The translations under genes and the position numbers were made by a program. A stretch of DNA of 64,000 bases from Octopus vulgaris (taxonomy: Eukaryota), in contig OX597826.1 in NCBI GenBank assembly GCA_951406725.2, positions 74,276,001 to 74,340,000 on the forward strand, given 5' to 3'. The first letter of the stretch is position 1. Each line of letters starts with the position of its first letter. Under the pieces are notes generated by a model. It did no database searches. It was not told the DNA's origin and saw only the letters and a program-made list of their open reading frames with translations. Positions 12,562 through 23,736 of the stretch are shown here, piece after piece.

Positions 12562-12783
12562 TCTGTTAGCATTTAAACTGGGGCCATATTCGACCCAAAT
12601 ATGCTTCCTGTTTTATGTTCAAACTGGCCTGATCTACCCTCTCACACCTACCCTACAATGCTATTCTAAAAATAGACAACCACATCATTGAAATCTCAAA
12701 ACTATGAGACAATACATGATTAATTTAAAACACTCTGAATAAATAAGCGTTACATGTGGCAGAGTAATTGGAATGCTAAAGAG
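12562..12783. mobile_element. piggyBac-type MITE, second copy
   Basis: TTAA flanks; homologous to 6742-6962. Confidence 0.7.
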
Positions 12784-12852
12784 TTAATTAGTAAGAAATA
12801 ATCATGAGAGTTTGATATTCCTTCAAATAACAGTCAATGAAATCAATTTCCA

Positions 12853-13250
12853 TACTCTTTTACTTGTTTCAGTCATTTGACTGTGGCCATGCTGGAGCAC
12901 CACCTTTAGTCGAGCAAATCGACCCCTGGACTTATTCTTTGTAAGCCTAGTACTTATTCTATCAGTCTCTTACGCCAAACCATTACGTTATGGGGACGTA
13001 AACACACCAACATCGGTTGTCAAGTGATGTTGGGGGGACAAACACAGACACACAAACACACACACACATATATACACATAAACATATATACGACGGGCTT
13101 CTTTCAGTTTCCATCTATCAAATCCACTTACAAGGCCTTGGTTGGCCCAAGGCTATGGTAGAAGATACTTGCCCAAAGTGCCACGCAGTGGGACTGAACC
13201 TGGAACCATATGGTTGGTAAGCAAGCTACTTACCACACAGCCACTCCTGC
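12853..13250 (-). mobile_element. SINE family A
   Basis: Reverse-complement homolog of 7963-8372. Confidence 0.88.
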
Positions 13251-13313
13251 AGGGTCATATTCTTCCTTCTTTTCTATATACATCATTAATTTTGTCCTGT
13301 TTTTTGTTTTCAG

Positions 13314-15130
13314 ATCATTTCTCAGACGATTCCTGAAACACGATGTCACTCATTGAAATGAAACAAACAAGAATTTATATTTATGAACAAATCGTTTTTT
13401 CCTCCACTGGTCCACTTCCAGCTTTGGATTTCAACCCTTTGATGATTCTCTTAGACTACCGGAATGCATTAAAATGTCTTATTTTTTCATTATTTTATAT
13501 TTTATTACTAAAAAACAAAACCAAACCATTTAATAGATTCATTCTTTCATTGTTGACTCTGTTTAAATTTCACACACTTCAACGTTTGTATTTATGGCCA
13601 CAGCCTCAGGGCTGAAGCATATAAAAAAATATAATTGAGTGTAGCTAACAAGTAACATGTGTCTATGTTGTTGTTTGGGAAGATTCCCTAATGCAGAATG
13701 GACTGAAAATGTGGTGCAGACACAGACGAATACAAACATAAGAGAACGAACAAGAAAAAAATGTAACTTATTTGAAGAACAATTAGAATTCGTTTCACAA
13801 GTTCTGACCTGACTGGGAAACCATAATTCCATCTGTAGATGAATGGATCTTATTCTCTGTTTTGCAGCTGAACAAAAAGCATTTGATTAATCCGGAAAAT
13901 GTCACCAATGCATTTTGAGCTAACCTTAAAGCTATATTTGTGGGTTTACCTCCAGTGAAACTCAGGAATAGTCTAAGAACAGTAACAATGTTCAAATCAT
14001 ATTTGTTGTTTCCATTTGCAAAGTTCGTTTCCATTCTTCAGGGCATATCGCTACTAAATGCAAAATTTACCTCAGAGGGAAAAAGACAAAAATAAAACTC
14101 CGAGGTATCAAACGAGGCTACGTTTATCATTAGATTGTGGTTGTGCCGTCCTTCACCTATAATACAGCTATAAGTATAAGACCATTATTTATATATATCT
14201 ATATATATATTGCTTCATCTTCCTTTTGTGACTACCCCCAGTGACTTCATCATCACACATATTTATAATCCCTCCATACTACAACTTGCTGTAATCTCAA
14301 CTCAGTTACTTTTCTTAATCTCCTTCCACCAGAATCAAAAGGAAACAGGATCATTCCTCATTATATTATAATAAATAATCTACTAAAAAATTTATCTGCT
14401 CAAGAAAGACGTCAAAAGCTTCCATTGCTATGTGCTGTTTAGCTTTTGAGAAGGTTAATAAAATGTATTAAAGCGATGCTTATTTGACGATAAATCATGT
14501 TAATCTTTGTAATGTTGTTCCTTATACTAAACAACCTCTCAGGAAATTGAATCTTTGTCCATTCAAAGGTGTAAGGAATCATTAAACACTTACTGCCATG
14601 GCATTTGGAAAATGCCATTTTTTTTTTTTTGGATTGAAATAATCAAAAAAATTTGTAAAATTCTACATTTTGTGATTAGCTCTTTGTTGCTCAGTAAAAA
14701 TTATCTTTAAAAGACTGCATTTAAATTCTTTTTGCTGTTCTTAATCCAATTGTCTTGCCATACTTTTAAGAAATTATAGATATTTATTTAAGAATTTTCT
14801 TATCCCAATGAAAAAAAGAAGTATTCTCTAAAAAAAACTATATAAATAAACATAAGAGCAAAGACCATGTTCTTGAGCAAGGTTTTTGTTTCTCTTTGAG
14901 CTGCTAACATTTATACCATAAAAGCTGATTATTGTAATATTGAGTATATGTATAGACTATATTATTATGTGAGTATATGTGTGAACCTTTGAGTATAAAA
15001 TATGTAATCTTTAAATTGCACTGCTAACACAGGTAGGACACAAGATTGACTTATAAGTCTTTAATATACTTGGCAGTATATCATGGTTGCATAATGAAAT
15101 ATCGTGCCCCTATCGGCAATCAAAATAAAA
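13314..15130 (+). other. Probable terminal (3' UTR) exon of the anoctamin gene; 3' end uncertain
   Basis: Strong acceptor tttgtcctgttttttgttttcag at 13313 with a candidate partner donor G|gtgagt at 9002/9003. About 1.8 kb of repeat-poor AT-rich sequence with several AATAAA (e.g. 14091, 14457, 14845, 15124). Confidence 0.4.
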
Positions 15131-16031
15131 GTATGTATTTGTGTGTGTGTGTGTGATTTCTATTTCAAAATTCCTGTTTCGATTTTTATTGAATTAATTT
15201 TCTTCAAATTTCATTTTTCCTAACAAACGATTCTCTTAATAAATAAACGTCTCTTTTGTTAACTTAGAGTGAATGTATTTGAGAGAAAGGAAGAGAGTTG
15301 TATAGGAGACAAATTAAAAGAGAAAGAGTGAGGGTGAATAAAGGGAAGTGTGAGATGAGAAAGGTGTGAAAGAGTTTATAGCTTATGTGCGTGCGTGCGT
15401 GTGTGTTAGAGAGAGAGAAATGAAAAAGAATTGTCCATTGATCTCACTGTATTGTATATTTTGATCGTTATTTTTGAGTGACCACTGCAAGGCTTTAGCG
15501 AAACATTAATGGGTTCTGAACCCCTTTGCATTTCAGTGTATTTCCGGACACGGCTAAATCCCTTCTGTTATATTGATCGTCTGGTTTTGAGAGAATAAAA
15601 TCTCATCTGTTATTATAAACGAATGATTATGTTCTTGTGATTCAATCATCTCGGACAACGGGTGACTAGTAAGAACTTCGTTTTCAGAAATAAATATTCT
15701 TTCTAATTCTGGCACGCGGCCAGCAATTTTGAGCCTGGTACTTATCGACCCTGGAGGGATGAAAATCAACGTTGACCACGGCAGAATTTGAGCCCAGAAC
15801 GTAATGAATAGAAAGAAATGCTGCTACGTATTTAGTCCGATGTGTTAATGATTCTGCCAGCTCGCCGCCTTAAAGTTTTCTAGAAGTAAATATGTAGATG
15901 ATAAACAAGAGATATATTACTTACGTCTTGAGACACTAATAAGCATCAGGTCTTACATAGAGACAGCGAATCCTCGTGCAAGTACAGAATTTCGGGGATA
16001 AAATCCTAAGTCAAAATGCACACACACACAA

Positions 16032-16087
<56 letters not shown>

Positions 16088-16100
16088 GTGTGTGTGTATA

Positions 16101-16468
16101 CTAGCACCCTGACCCGGCAACGCCTGGTCATAAGGCTAGTGCATGCATATACAGCTGTATGCGTGCGCACATACACGCGGGTACTGTCCAAATCTCCGAC
16201 CAATTACATACGATTAGCTGGCATTCAATTGGTGTATCAAATTTCGGGCATTTTGATTGGGTTTTGGATAGAAAATTCACAAAAAAGTAACTTCTACTGA
16301 TTTTTTAATGACTTTGCGGGGGGACTGGGGAAATGTAAAGATATGCACGACCACCCTTGGACGGTTTTGAATGACCATAGAAAGTGCGAGCCCTCTAAAG
16401 GAAAAAATGTGAATTTGTATAAAGGATACATACACACAAACAGATATTTTGCCGTTTATATATATATA
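16101..16468 (-). mobile_element. Non-autonomous Helitron
   Basis: Reverse complement of 16300-16468 matches 10360-10535; terminal palindrome with CTAG at 16100-16140. Confidence 0.72.
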
Positions 16469-16608
16469 TTGCAGAAAAGAAAGCGCAGTATAACCGTGAA
16501 AACAACAGAGAGAGAGAGAGAGAGAGAGAGATTGGGTACTTACCCTTAGAAAATGAAGAAAAATAAAGTTACCAGCAGGCGGCTAGGAGAGATCGAACTC
16601 ACACACAC

Positions 16609-16645
<37 letters not shown>

Positions 16646-16874
16646 CCTGAGCACGATTACCGTAAATTTTAATGCTTTTCGAATGCGTGAACATTTTATA
16701 AACAAACTTTAGAAGCGCCGAAAGTGCTGGTGTTTTACAGACAAGAAAGTAAATTTCAAAGACACACTCACACACAATATTTGTAAACAAACCCGAAGGC
16801 TATTTCACGGAAAAAGAGCGACTATGAGTCTTTTATACAATAATAATTATATAATATATTATAATAATAATGAT

Positions 16875-16958
16875 GGGTGAACGTGTTGGTTCAATCGGAT
16901 GCGCATGGAGCCGTGTAAGCGCTGGTTTGTGGGTTCGATTCTGGCCTGGATTAGCTCA
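16875..16958 (+). other. tRNA-like Pol III head (SINE head or tRNA pseudogene)
   Basis: A-box-like TGGTTCAATCGG and B-box-like GGTTCGATTCT; no convincing cloverleaf; 52 nt repeated exactly at 19650-19701. Confidence 0.45.
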
Positions 16959-17003
16959 TCATTTTTCAGTCAAACGTTTAGATAAATGTTGCTTTAAATC
17001 GGA

Positions 17004-17063
<60 letters not shown>

Positions 17064-17327
17064 AGGTGCAATGAGTTGAGTTTTGTGAGTTTTTATTGAG
17101 TGGAAACACCTGCTGTACTCTTTCACCACAACTTTCTCTCACTCTTCCTGTTTCTGTTGTATCTGTCAAAGGGCCAGTGTTGTCACACTCTGTGTCACGC
17201 TGAATCTCCCCGAGAACTACGTTAAGGGTACACGTGTATATATATGTACTTTCTGTTTACTCTCTATATATACTCACTATTTTGTATCACATCTAAACTA
17301 ACTATGACTTAACTACCCTCTCACACC

Positions 17328-17379
17328 GTCTCCGATGAAGGGATATAATTAATAAATATCCTAGAAACAGCTGTAAGAC
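17328..17379 (+). ncRNA. Minimal type-I hammerhead ribozyme, U4C variant
   Basis: GTCT-CCGATGA-A-GGGATAT-loop-ATATCCT-A-GAAA-CAGCTG-TA-AGAC; palindromic stem III, GUA site. Confidence 0.68.
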
Positions 17380-17585
17380 CTTCTATCTATGAATGCTCTA
17401 ATATCTTCACAGCCTTGTTTTTTTTATCGTATTGCACGAAAAATTCTTATATACACACGCTGACATAGAACCAACGTTGAACCCCTTATTCGCAAAATTA
17501 CCGAACCTGGAACTTAACTATGGTCCATCTATAGCACTTATTCAGAATTACCTCATACCTTTGGGTCTCAATGACACCATTATCT

Positions 17586-17587
<2 letters not shown>

Positions 17588-17684
<97 letters not shown>

Positions 17685-17715
17685 AGAGTATATATATATA
17701 TATATATATATAGTG

Positions 17716-17776
<61 letters not shown>

Positions 17777-17800
17777 TCTATTTTATATATATATATATAT
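17588..17800. repeat. Interrupted (TA)n
   Basis: Seen directly. Confidence 0.95.
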
Positions 17801-18121
17801 GTACTTTCTATTTACTCTCTATATATACTCTCTATTTTGTATCACATCTAAACTAACTATGACTTAACTATCCCCTCACATACGTTTCCGATTAACATAG
17901 GAAGAGAAAAATCGTCACTTCCGGTGAACAAGCTGTTAGACTTAAAACCGGTGTGTACTGGAGTCGATGTAATCGAACATCCCTCTCCCCTAAATTTCAG
18001 GCATTGTGCTTAGAATAGAAAGGATTATAGAAGAGGGCAAAGAGAAGGGTCTTTACTGGGTACCGTGGAAGATAGTGGAAAAGATCTTATTTAAACCGGG
18101 AGAGCGTGACAACCTTTCACT

Positions 18122-18615
18122 GTAATGACATGCATAAGATCTGGTCATCAAATCTAAGTAGAGACTTCAAACTTGAAATATTCAAAGCCACAGTCGAACC
18201 AATTATACTATATGGCTCAGAAACCTGGACGTTATCAAAGAAGCTTGAGAGGCGGTTGAATGGAACCTACACTCGCCTCCTTATGAGAGCTCAAAATCTC
18301 TTGTGGAAGCGCCATCCAACCAAAATGCAAATATATGGGAAACTACCACCTGTGTCATCTCTTGTGAAAGGTAAGAGAGTCCAGTTTTCTGGACATTGTT
18401 GTAGAGCTGAAAAAGAAGTAATTTCTACTCTTCTCCTCTGGAAGCCATCTACTCGCAATACCAGAGGGCGCACACTCTCCTACCCTGATGTAATCTCCAG
18501 GGATACAGGCATCCAGCAACAGGACCTCCGTAATGCCATGATGGACCGTGAAGTCTGGCGTAGCATGGTAAATTCCATTGTCTCGACCACGGTCGAACAA
18601 TGATGATGATGATGA
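18122..18615 (+). mobile_element. RTE-clade LINE, 5'-truncated 3' end
   Basis: ORF 18106-18603 with LYGSETWTL, GHCCR and MMDREVWR motifs; (TGA)n tail; candidate TSD TTCACT at 18116 and 18616. Confidence 0.88.
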
Positions 18616-18974
18616 TTCACTTGCTCAAATTTGACGAATAGGAAATACTTCCCCATCCTTAAACTTCTTAAACATCAACAGCCGTAAATTTCCTTCCTTT
18701 TCTTTTTTCCTATCAAAATCTTTCTCGTTATCATTTTCGATAAACAACAAACAAAACCCCCCAAACAAACAAACAAACAAAACAGCAATACTATAATAGT
18801 TATGATGGTTAAGTTCTTAAGACCATCACAAGTTCTTATATTTTGTGGGAGGAGGGAAAAGTCGTACACAGGTATTCTATTCGGTAACTTTTAGCTTTGC
18901 GAAGCGTTATGAATTGCATAGTAAGAAGGTCCGTTCTTCATAGAAGACATCTTGAAAAGAGTGCATATATATGT

Positions 18975-19302
18975 AGTGTGTTTGTGTGTGTGTGTATGTA
19001 TGTATGTATGTATGCATGCATGTATGTATGTATGTATGTATGTATGTATGTATGTATGTATGTATGTATGTATGTATGTATGCATGCATGCATGCATGCA
19101 TGTATGTATGTATGTATGTATGTATGTATGTATGTATGTATATACATGTATGTATGTATGTATGTATGTATGTATGTATGTATGTTGTATGTATGTATGT
19201 ATGTATGTATGTATGTATGTTTGTATGTATGTATGTATGTATGTATGTATGTATGTTTGTATGTATGTATGTATGTATGAAATATAATAAATATACTCAC
19301 AA

Positions 19303-19365
<63 letters not shown>
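18975..19365. repeat. (TATG)n followed by (CA)n
   Basis: Seen directly. Confidence 0.95.
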
Positions 19366-19368
<3 letters not shown>

Positions 19369-19528
19369 GGAGGCACAATGGTGGTCGTAGGATAGCGTTG
19401 TGAGTGTTTATTGAGCGAAAACACCTGCTGTACTCTTTCACCGCAACTTTTTTATATAAGTTCAGCAAAATTTAGATTCAGATGAATATGGTACTTAAGT
19501 TAAAGGCACCAGAAGCTGGTATGGTATT

Positions 19529-19784
19529 ATCCATATAAATCAAATGGGATGATTATAATCAAAATAAGTAACAAGGATATCCATGGTAGTGGAGTACAAT
19601 CGTTTCATGCTACTTCAATGTAAGTATTACATCAGTTTTAAAATGTAGAATGCGCATGGAGCCGTGTAAGCGCTGGTTTGTGGGTTCGATTCTGGCCTGG
19701 ACAAAGTACATTTTTATACTTATTTCATTTGCCAACATTACAAAGAGGCAAATGAAATAAGTATAAAATTGTACATTGTCTATT

Positions 19785-19824
<40 letters not shown>

Positions 19825-20152
19825 ATGTAATACATTGTTTAATAAAATGAAGTAGCATGAAACGATTGTACTACACTACAATGAATATCCTTGTTGCTTA
19901 TTATATATATACCGACGATGGGTTAGCTGGCCAAAACTTCGAAGTCACTGTCAACAGCATTCTTGTATGACAATGATAAATTTGTACAAGTGTATAGAGT
20001 AACTAACCAGATTAATGTAAAATCCATATAAATCAAATGGGGTGATTATAATCAAAATAAGCAACAAGGATATCCAAGGTAGTGTAGTACAATCGTTTCA
20101 TGCTACTTCATTTTTATTAAACAATGTAAGTATTGCATCAGTTTTAAAATGT
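19529..20152. repeat. Direct plus inverted ~120-bp repeats (Penelope pseudo-LTR-like) with decayed hammerheads
   Basis: 19529-19646 matches 20022-20152; an inverted partial copy lies at 19821-19902. Confidence 0.75.
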
Positions 20153-20169
20153 CGAACCTAAAAACGAAC

Positions 20170-20227
<58 letters not shown>

Positions 20228-20229
<2 letters not shown>

Positions 20230-20444
20230 GGTGTGTTATGTGCATTGATAGAACAGGTATCCTATATAAACTCAACAAATAATTACATATGGAGAAGAGA
20301 GGATGTTAAAAAAGTTTTATAAAATTTTAAAACTAAAATCTTATTAAAATTTATAAAACTTTCAACATCCTCTCTTCTCCATCTTTAATCGTTTGTTGAG
20401 TTTCTATAGGATTACCTGTTCTACCAATGCACATAACATACCTT
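20228..20444. repeat. Inverted repeat with ~100-bp arms
   Basis: Left arm AAGGTGTGTTATGTGCATTG... matches the reverse complement of ...CAATGCACATAACATACCTT; short spacer. Confidence 0.9.
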
Positions 20445-20965
20445 TACTTGTAAAATTTTCATATTTAAAAAAATACTTGCAATAAGTAAGCTACAAATTT
20501 AATATGAAGAATCTTTATAAGAAATCTAACTTTGGACCCCAACAAAGTAAAAAGGATGAAATTGAACTCAACTTTTCTCATACACACACACACACACACA
20601 CACATGTATATAGTTCATAGATGAGAACCAGATATTCTCCGAATAGAATTCACTTCGTAGTGCTCAAGAGATTTAAACTTGAGCGGGTATAGAAATAAAT
20701 GTAGGGATAAGCAAATAAGACAGATCAATATAGAAAGTATATTAAATACATTAAATACAAAAGAAAAAAAATATATATGTAAACATATAAGAAAAGGGTC
20801 CGATTTACAAATAGTTCAAATGATTTAGAGAATTAAAGGGTGGAAGAAAAGTTTTACACTGGATTTGGATTTGTAATACTTCTAATCCACCCCTTTAATT
20901 TGTAGGACTTTTCCTCTACCCCTTTAATTCTCTATTTCATTTGTATTGTGTAAGGTGGAGTATTG

Positions 20966-20996
<31 letters not shown>

Positions 20997-21159
20997 TTTT
21001 TGTATTTCATGTACTTCTCTCTCTCTCCCTCTCTCTCTCTATATGTATATATATATGTATGTATTTATATAATATTAATTCGAGACAAAACCACTATTTT
21101 GCAATACAAACAAGGAAAGACTTAATACATAAAAAATTTTAATATAAAGAAATAAACCG

Positions 21160-21202
21160 CCACTACAATCGTTTCATGTCTTCAATGACATTCGTCAGGT
21201 GG
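21160..21202 (-). ncRNA. Minimal type-I hammerhead ribozyme, canonical core
   Basis: Minus strand CCAC-CTGACGA-ATGTC-attgaa-GACAT-GAAA-CGATTG-TA-GTGG. Confidence 0.8.
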
Positions 21203-21925
21203 ATTTTCGATCTAAAATATCAATATATTAAAATATAAGTTTAAAATAATAAAATTATCAATGAAAAATATAAATATATATAATCTATATATAATCTATA
21301 TATAATCAATATATAATCTAAAATAAACCCTATAAACAATTGAATATAAAGAAACCTATTATTAAAGTTCTCATATTTAAAGATGTACAAAAAACAAAAA
21401 AAAACCAAAAACAAAAAAAAAACAAAAAACAAAAAATGTATGTATGTATGTATCTATCTCTCTATCTCTCTCTCTATATATGTATATATATAGAGGTATG
21501 TATATATGTATGTATATACATACATACACATATATATGTATTATATATATATATATATATATATACATATGTATGTATGCATGTATATGTATTTATATAT
21601 AAATATATATACATGTGTATTAAGCCTTTGATATACTTGGTAACTTTCAGTGTTGGTTTTAATTTCTTTAGAAAAATTGTAGAGATAACTAAAAAGTGAC
21701 TGAATCGCACTGCTAACACAGGTAGGATGCAGTAGTGGCTCATGGGCATTTAATATACTTGGTAGTATATTATGGTTCCAAAATAAAAGGCGTTGCCCCA
21801 ACAATGGATATGTACGTATCAGTTGCCAGGAATGTGTTTAATATGTAAAATTGGTATATCCATTTATGTTACACGGCTACGTTTGGTGGTTATTTAAGGA
21901 AAGTGTTCGTAGATGCTTTATGGGT

Positions 21926-21974
21926 TGTATGTGACACTGAAGAAGGAATAATAAATCCTGAAATATGTACGTAC
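21926..21974 (+). ncRNA. Hammerhead motif with intact core and stem II, damaged stem I
   Basis: CTGAAGA-AGGA-ataataaa-TCCT-GAAA-TATG-TA. Confidence 0.5.
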
Positions 21975-22513
21975 TCCCATTCTTGTTTTTCTGTCTTCTA
22001 TGGCATTGTTTACATAGACGTATTCGTATACGAAACATCGTAATCTGCAGAGCTGGCTCTAATTTCTCACGTCAAAACGTAAAGAATTGGAAGGAATGCT
22101 GCTAAGCATTTTGTTCGACGCACTTTTACCAGCTTGCCGTCTTGGAGTCAGCTGTAGATAACTATTATTTTTCGAATTTAGTCACAAGGCCAGCAATTTT
22201 GAGGAGTTGGGTAGTCGATACCATCGACCCTTGTACTTGACTGGCATTTTATTTTATCGACTCCGGAAGGATGAAAGGCAAAGTTGACTACGGTGGTATT
22301 TGAACTCAGAACGTTCAAAGAACCGGAAGAAATACCTAAAAGCATTTTTTCTCACAACACTAACGGTTCTGACCGCAAATATATTTAACTTCATTCGTAC
22401 GCATAAATTCACGAAACCTTCTTGTGTGACTTACCTCATACATCCTCTTCGTTTTTCTATGACTGTGTCTTGTTCATCCCAACACGATTTTATAAACTCC
22501 CTCTAAAGGGAGT

Positions 22514-22578
<65 letters not shown>

Positions 22579-23304
22579 AGTCCCGGAGAGGATAGGTCAA
22601 GGAAGTTATACAAGGAAGTCGCTTAAAAAAAATTTGTATAAATTTAAGATAATGTAAATAACTTTGAAAGAAAACACAATAAATGAAATATCTTAAGAAG
22701 TAGACAGAGAAACATTTAAGGTTACCCACCTATTGGCAAGTAAAAGCCCATTGCTTAGGTCAAGTTAGCGCACTCTGCGCCCCTGCCCTCCAGATTCTGC
22801 TCATGCTGGAAAAGGGTGCATCCGGAAGTGTTCGCTAATATTTTTTAGGCAGGTGGGGGCATAATGCCCCCAAAAATCACGTCTTGCTCGTATCTATTTT
22901 TAGCATGTGGTAAATCTCAAGTAATATCTTCGACATTTTCTTCTGAATTTCCTGTATCTTAACCGCATTTTGTTCTCACTAGCTTCTATAAAATTCTTTC
23001 GTCTGTCCATCAGCTCTTTTGTTTGGTACAGGAAGGAGCGCTTTGTACGTCGAACGACTACAAATCTTTTTTTTTTTTCGTCGTACTTCTTTTAGTTGGG
23101 TTTTGCACGACCTTTGAATCAGACTTCCACTTTCTATTCTTATCCCAGTAATTTCCAATTTCTCTCCGGCCCCCATGATGTCCTCGTTGTCACACGTTAG
23201 TACTGTTGGTCGGGGAAGAGTGAAATCCCGTTCACCGTATTTTTGGACTGAGGATAAAGATGGATTCACCGGTGCTGTTTGTTTCGTATCAGTTTTTTAA
23301 AGCA

Positions 23305-23736
23305 TCTTTTACTTGTTTCTGTCATTAGACTGTGGCCGTGCTGGAGCACTGCATTGAAAAGTTCTTTTTTTAAGTCGAACGAATCTATCCCAGTATTTTT
23401 TTAAAGCTTGGTACTTATTTTGTCGGGGTTAATTTTGCCGAACCGCTAAGTTACAGGGACATAAACAAACCAGCCACAGTTACCAAGCGTTGCTGGGAGA
23501 CACAGATATACATACAAAGACAGGCATACACACACGCACAAACACGCGCACGCATACACGAACACACACGCACGACGGGCTTCTTCCCGTTTCCGTCTAT
23601 CATATCTACTCACTAGGCCAAGGTCGACTCGAAACTACAGTAAAAAACACTTGCCCAAGGTGCCACGCAGTGGGACTGAACCCGGAAACATGTGATTGGG
23701 AAGCAGATCTCTTACCACACAGCCACGCCTACGCCT
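23305..23736 (-). mobile_element. SINE family A, older copy
   Basis: Diverged homolog of family A. Confidence 0.8.
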
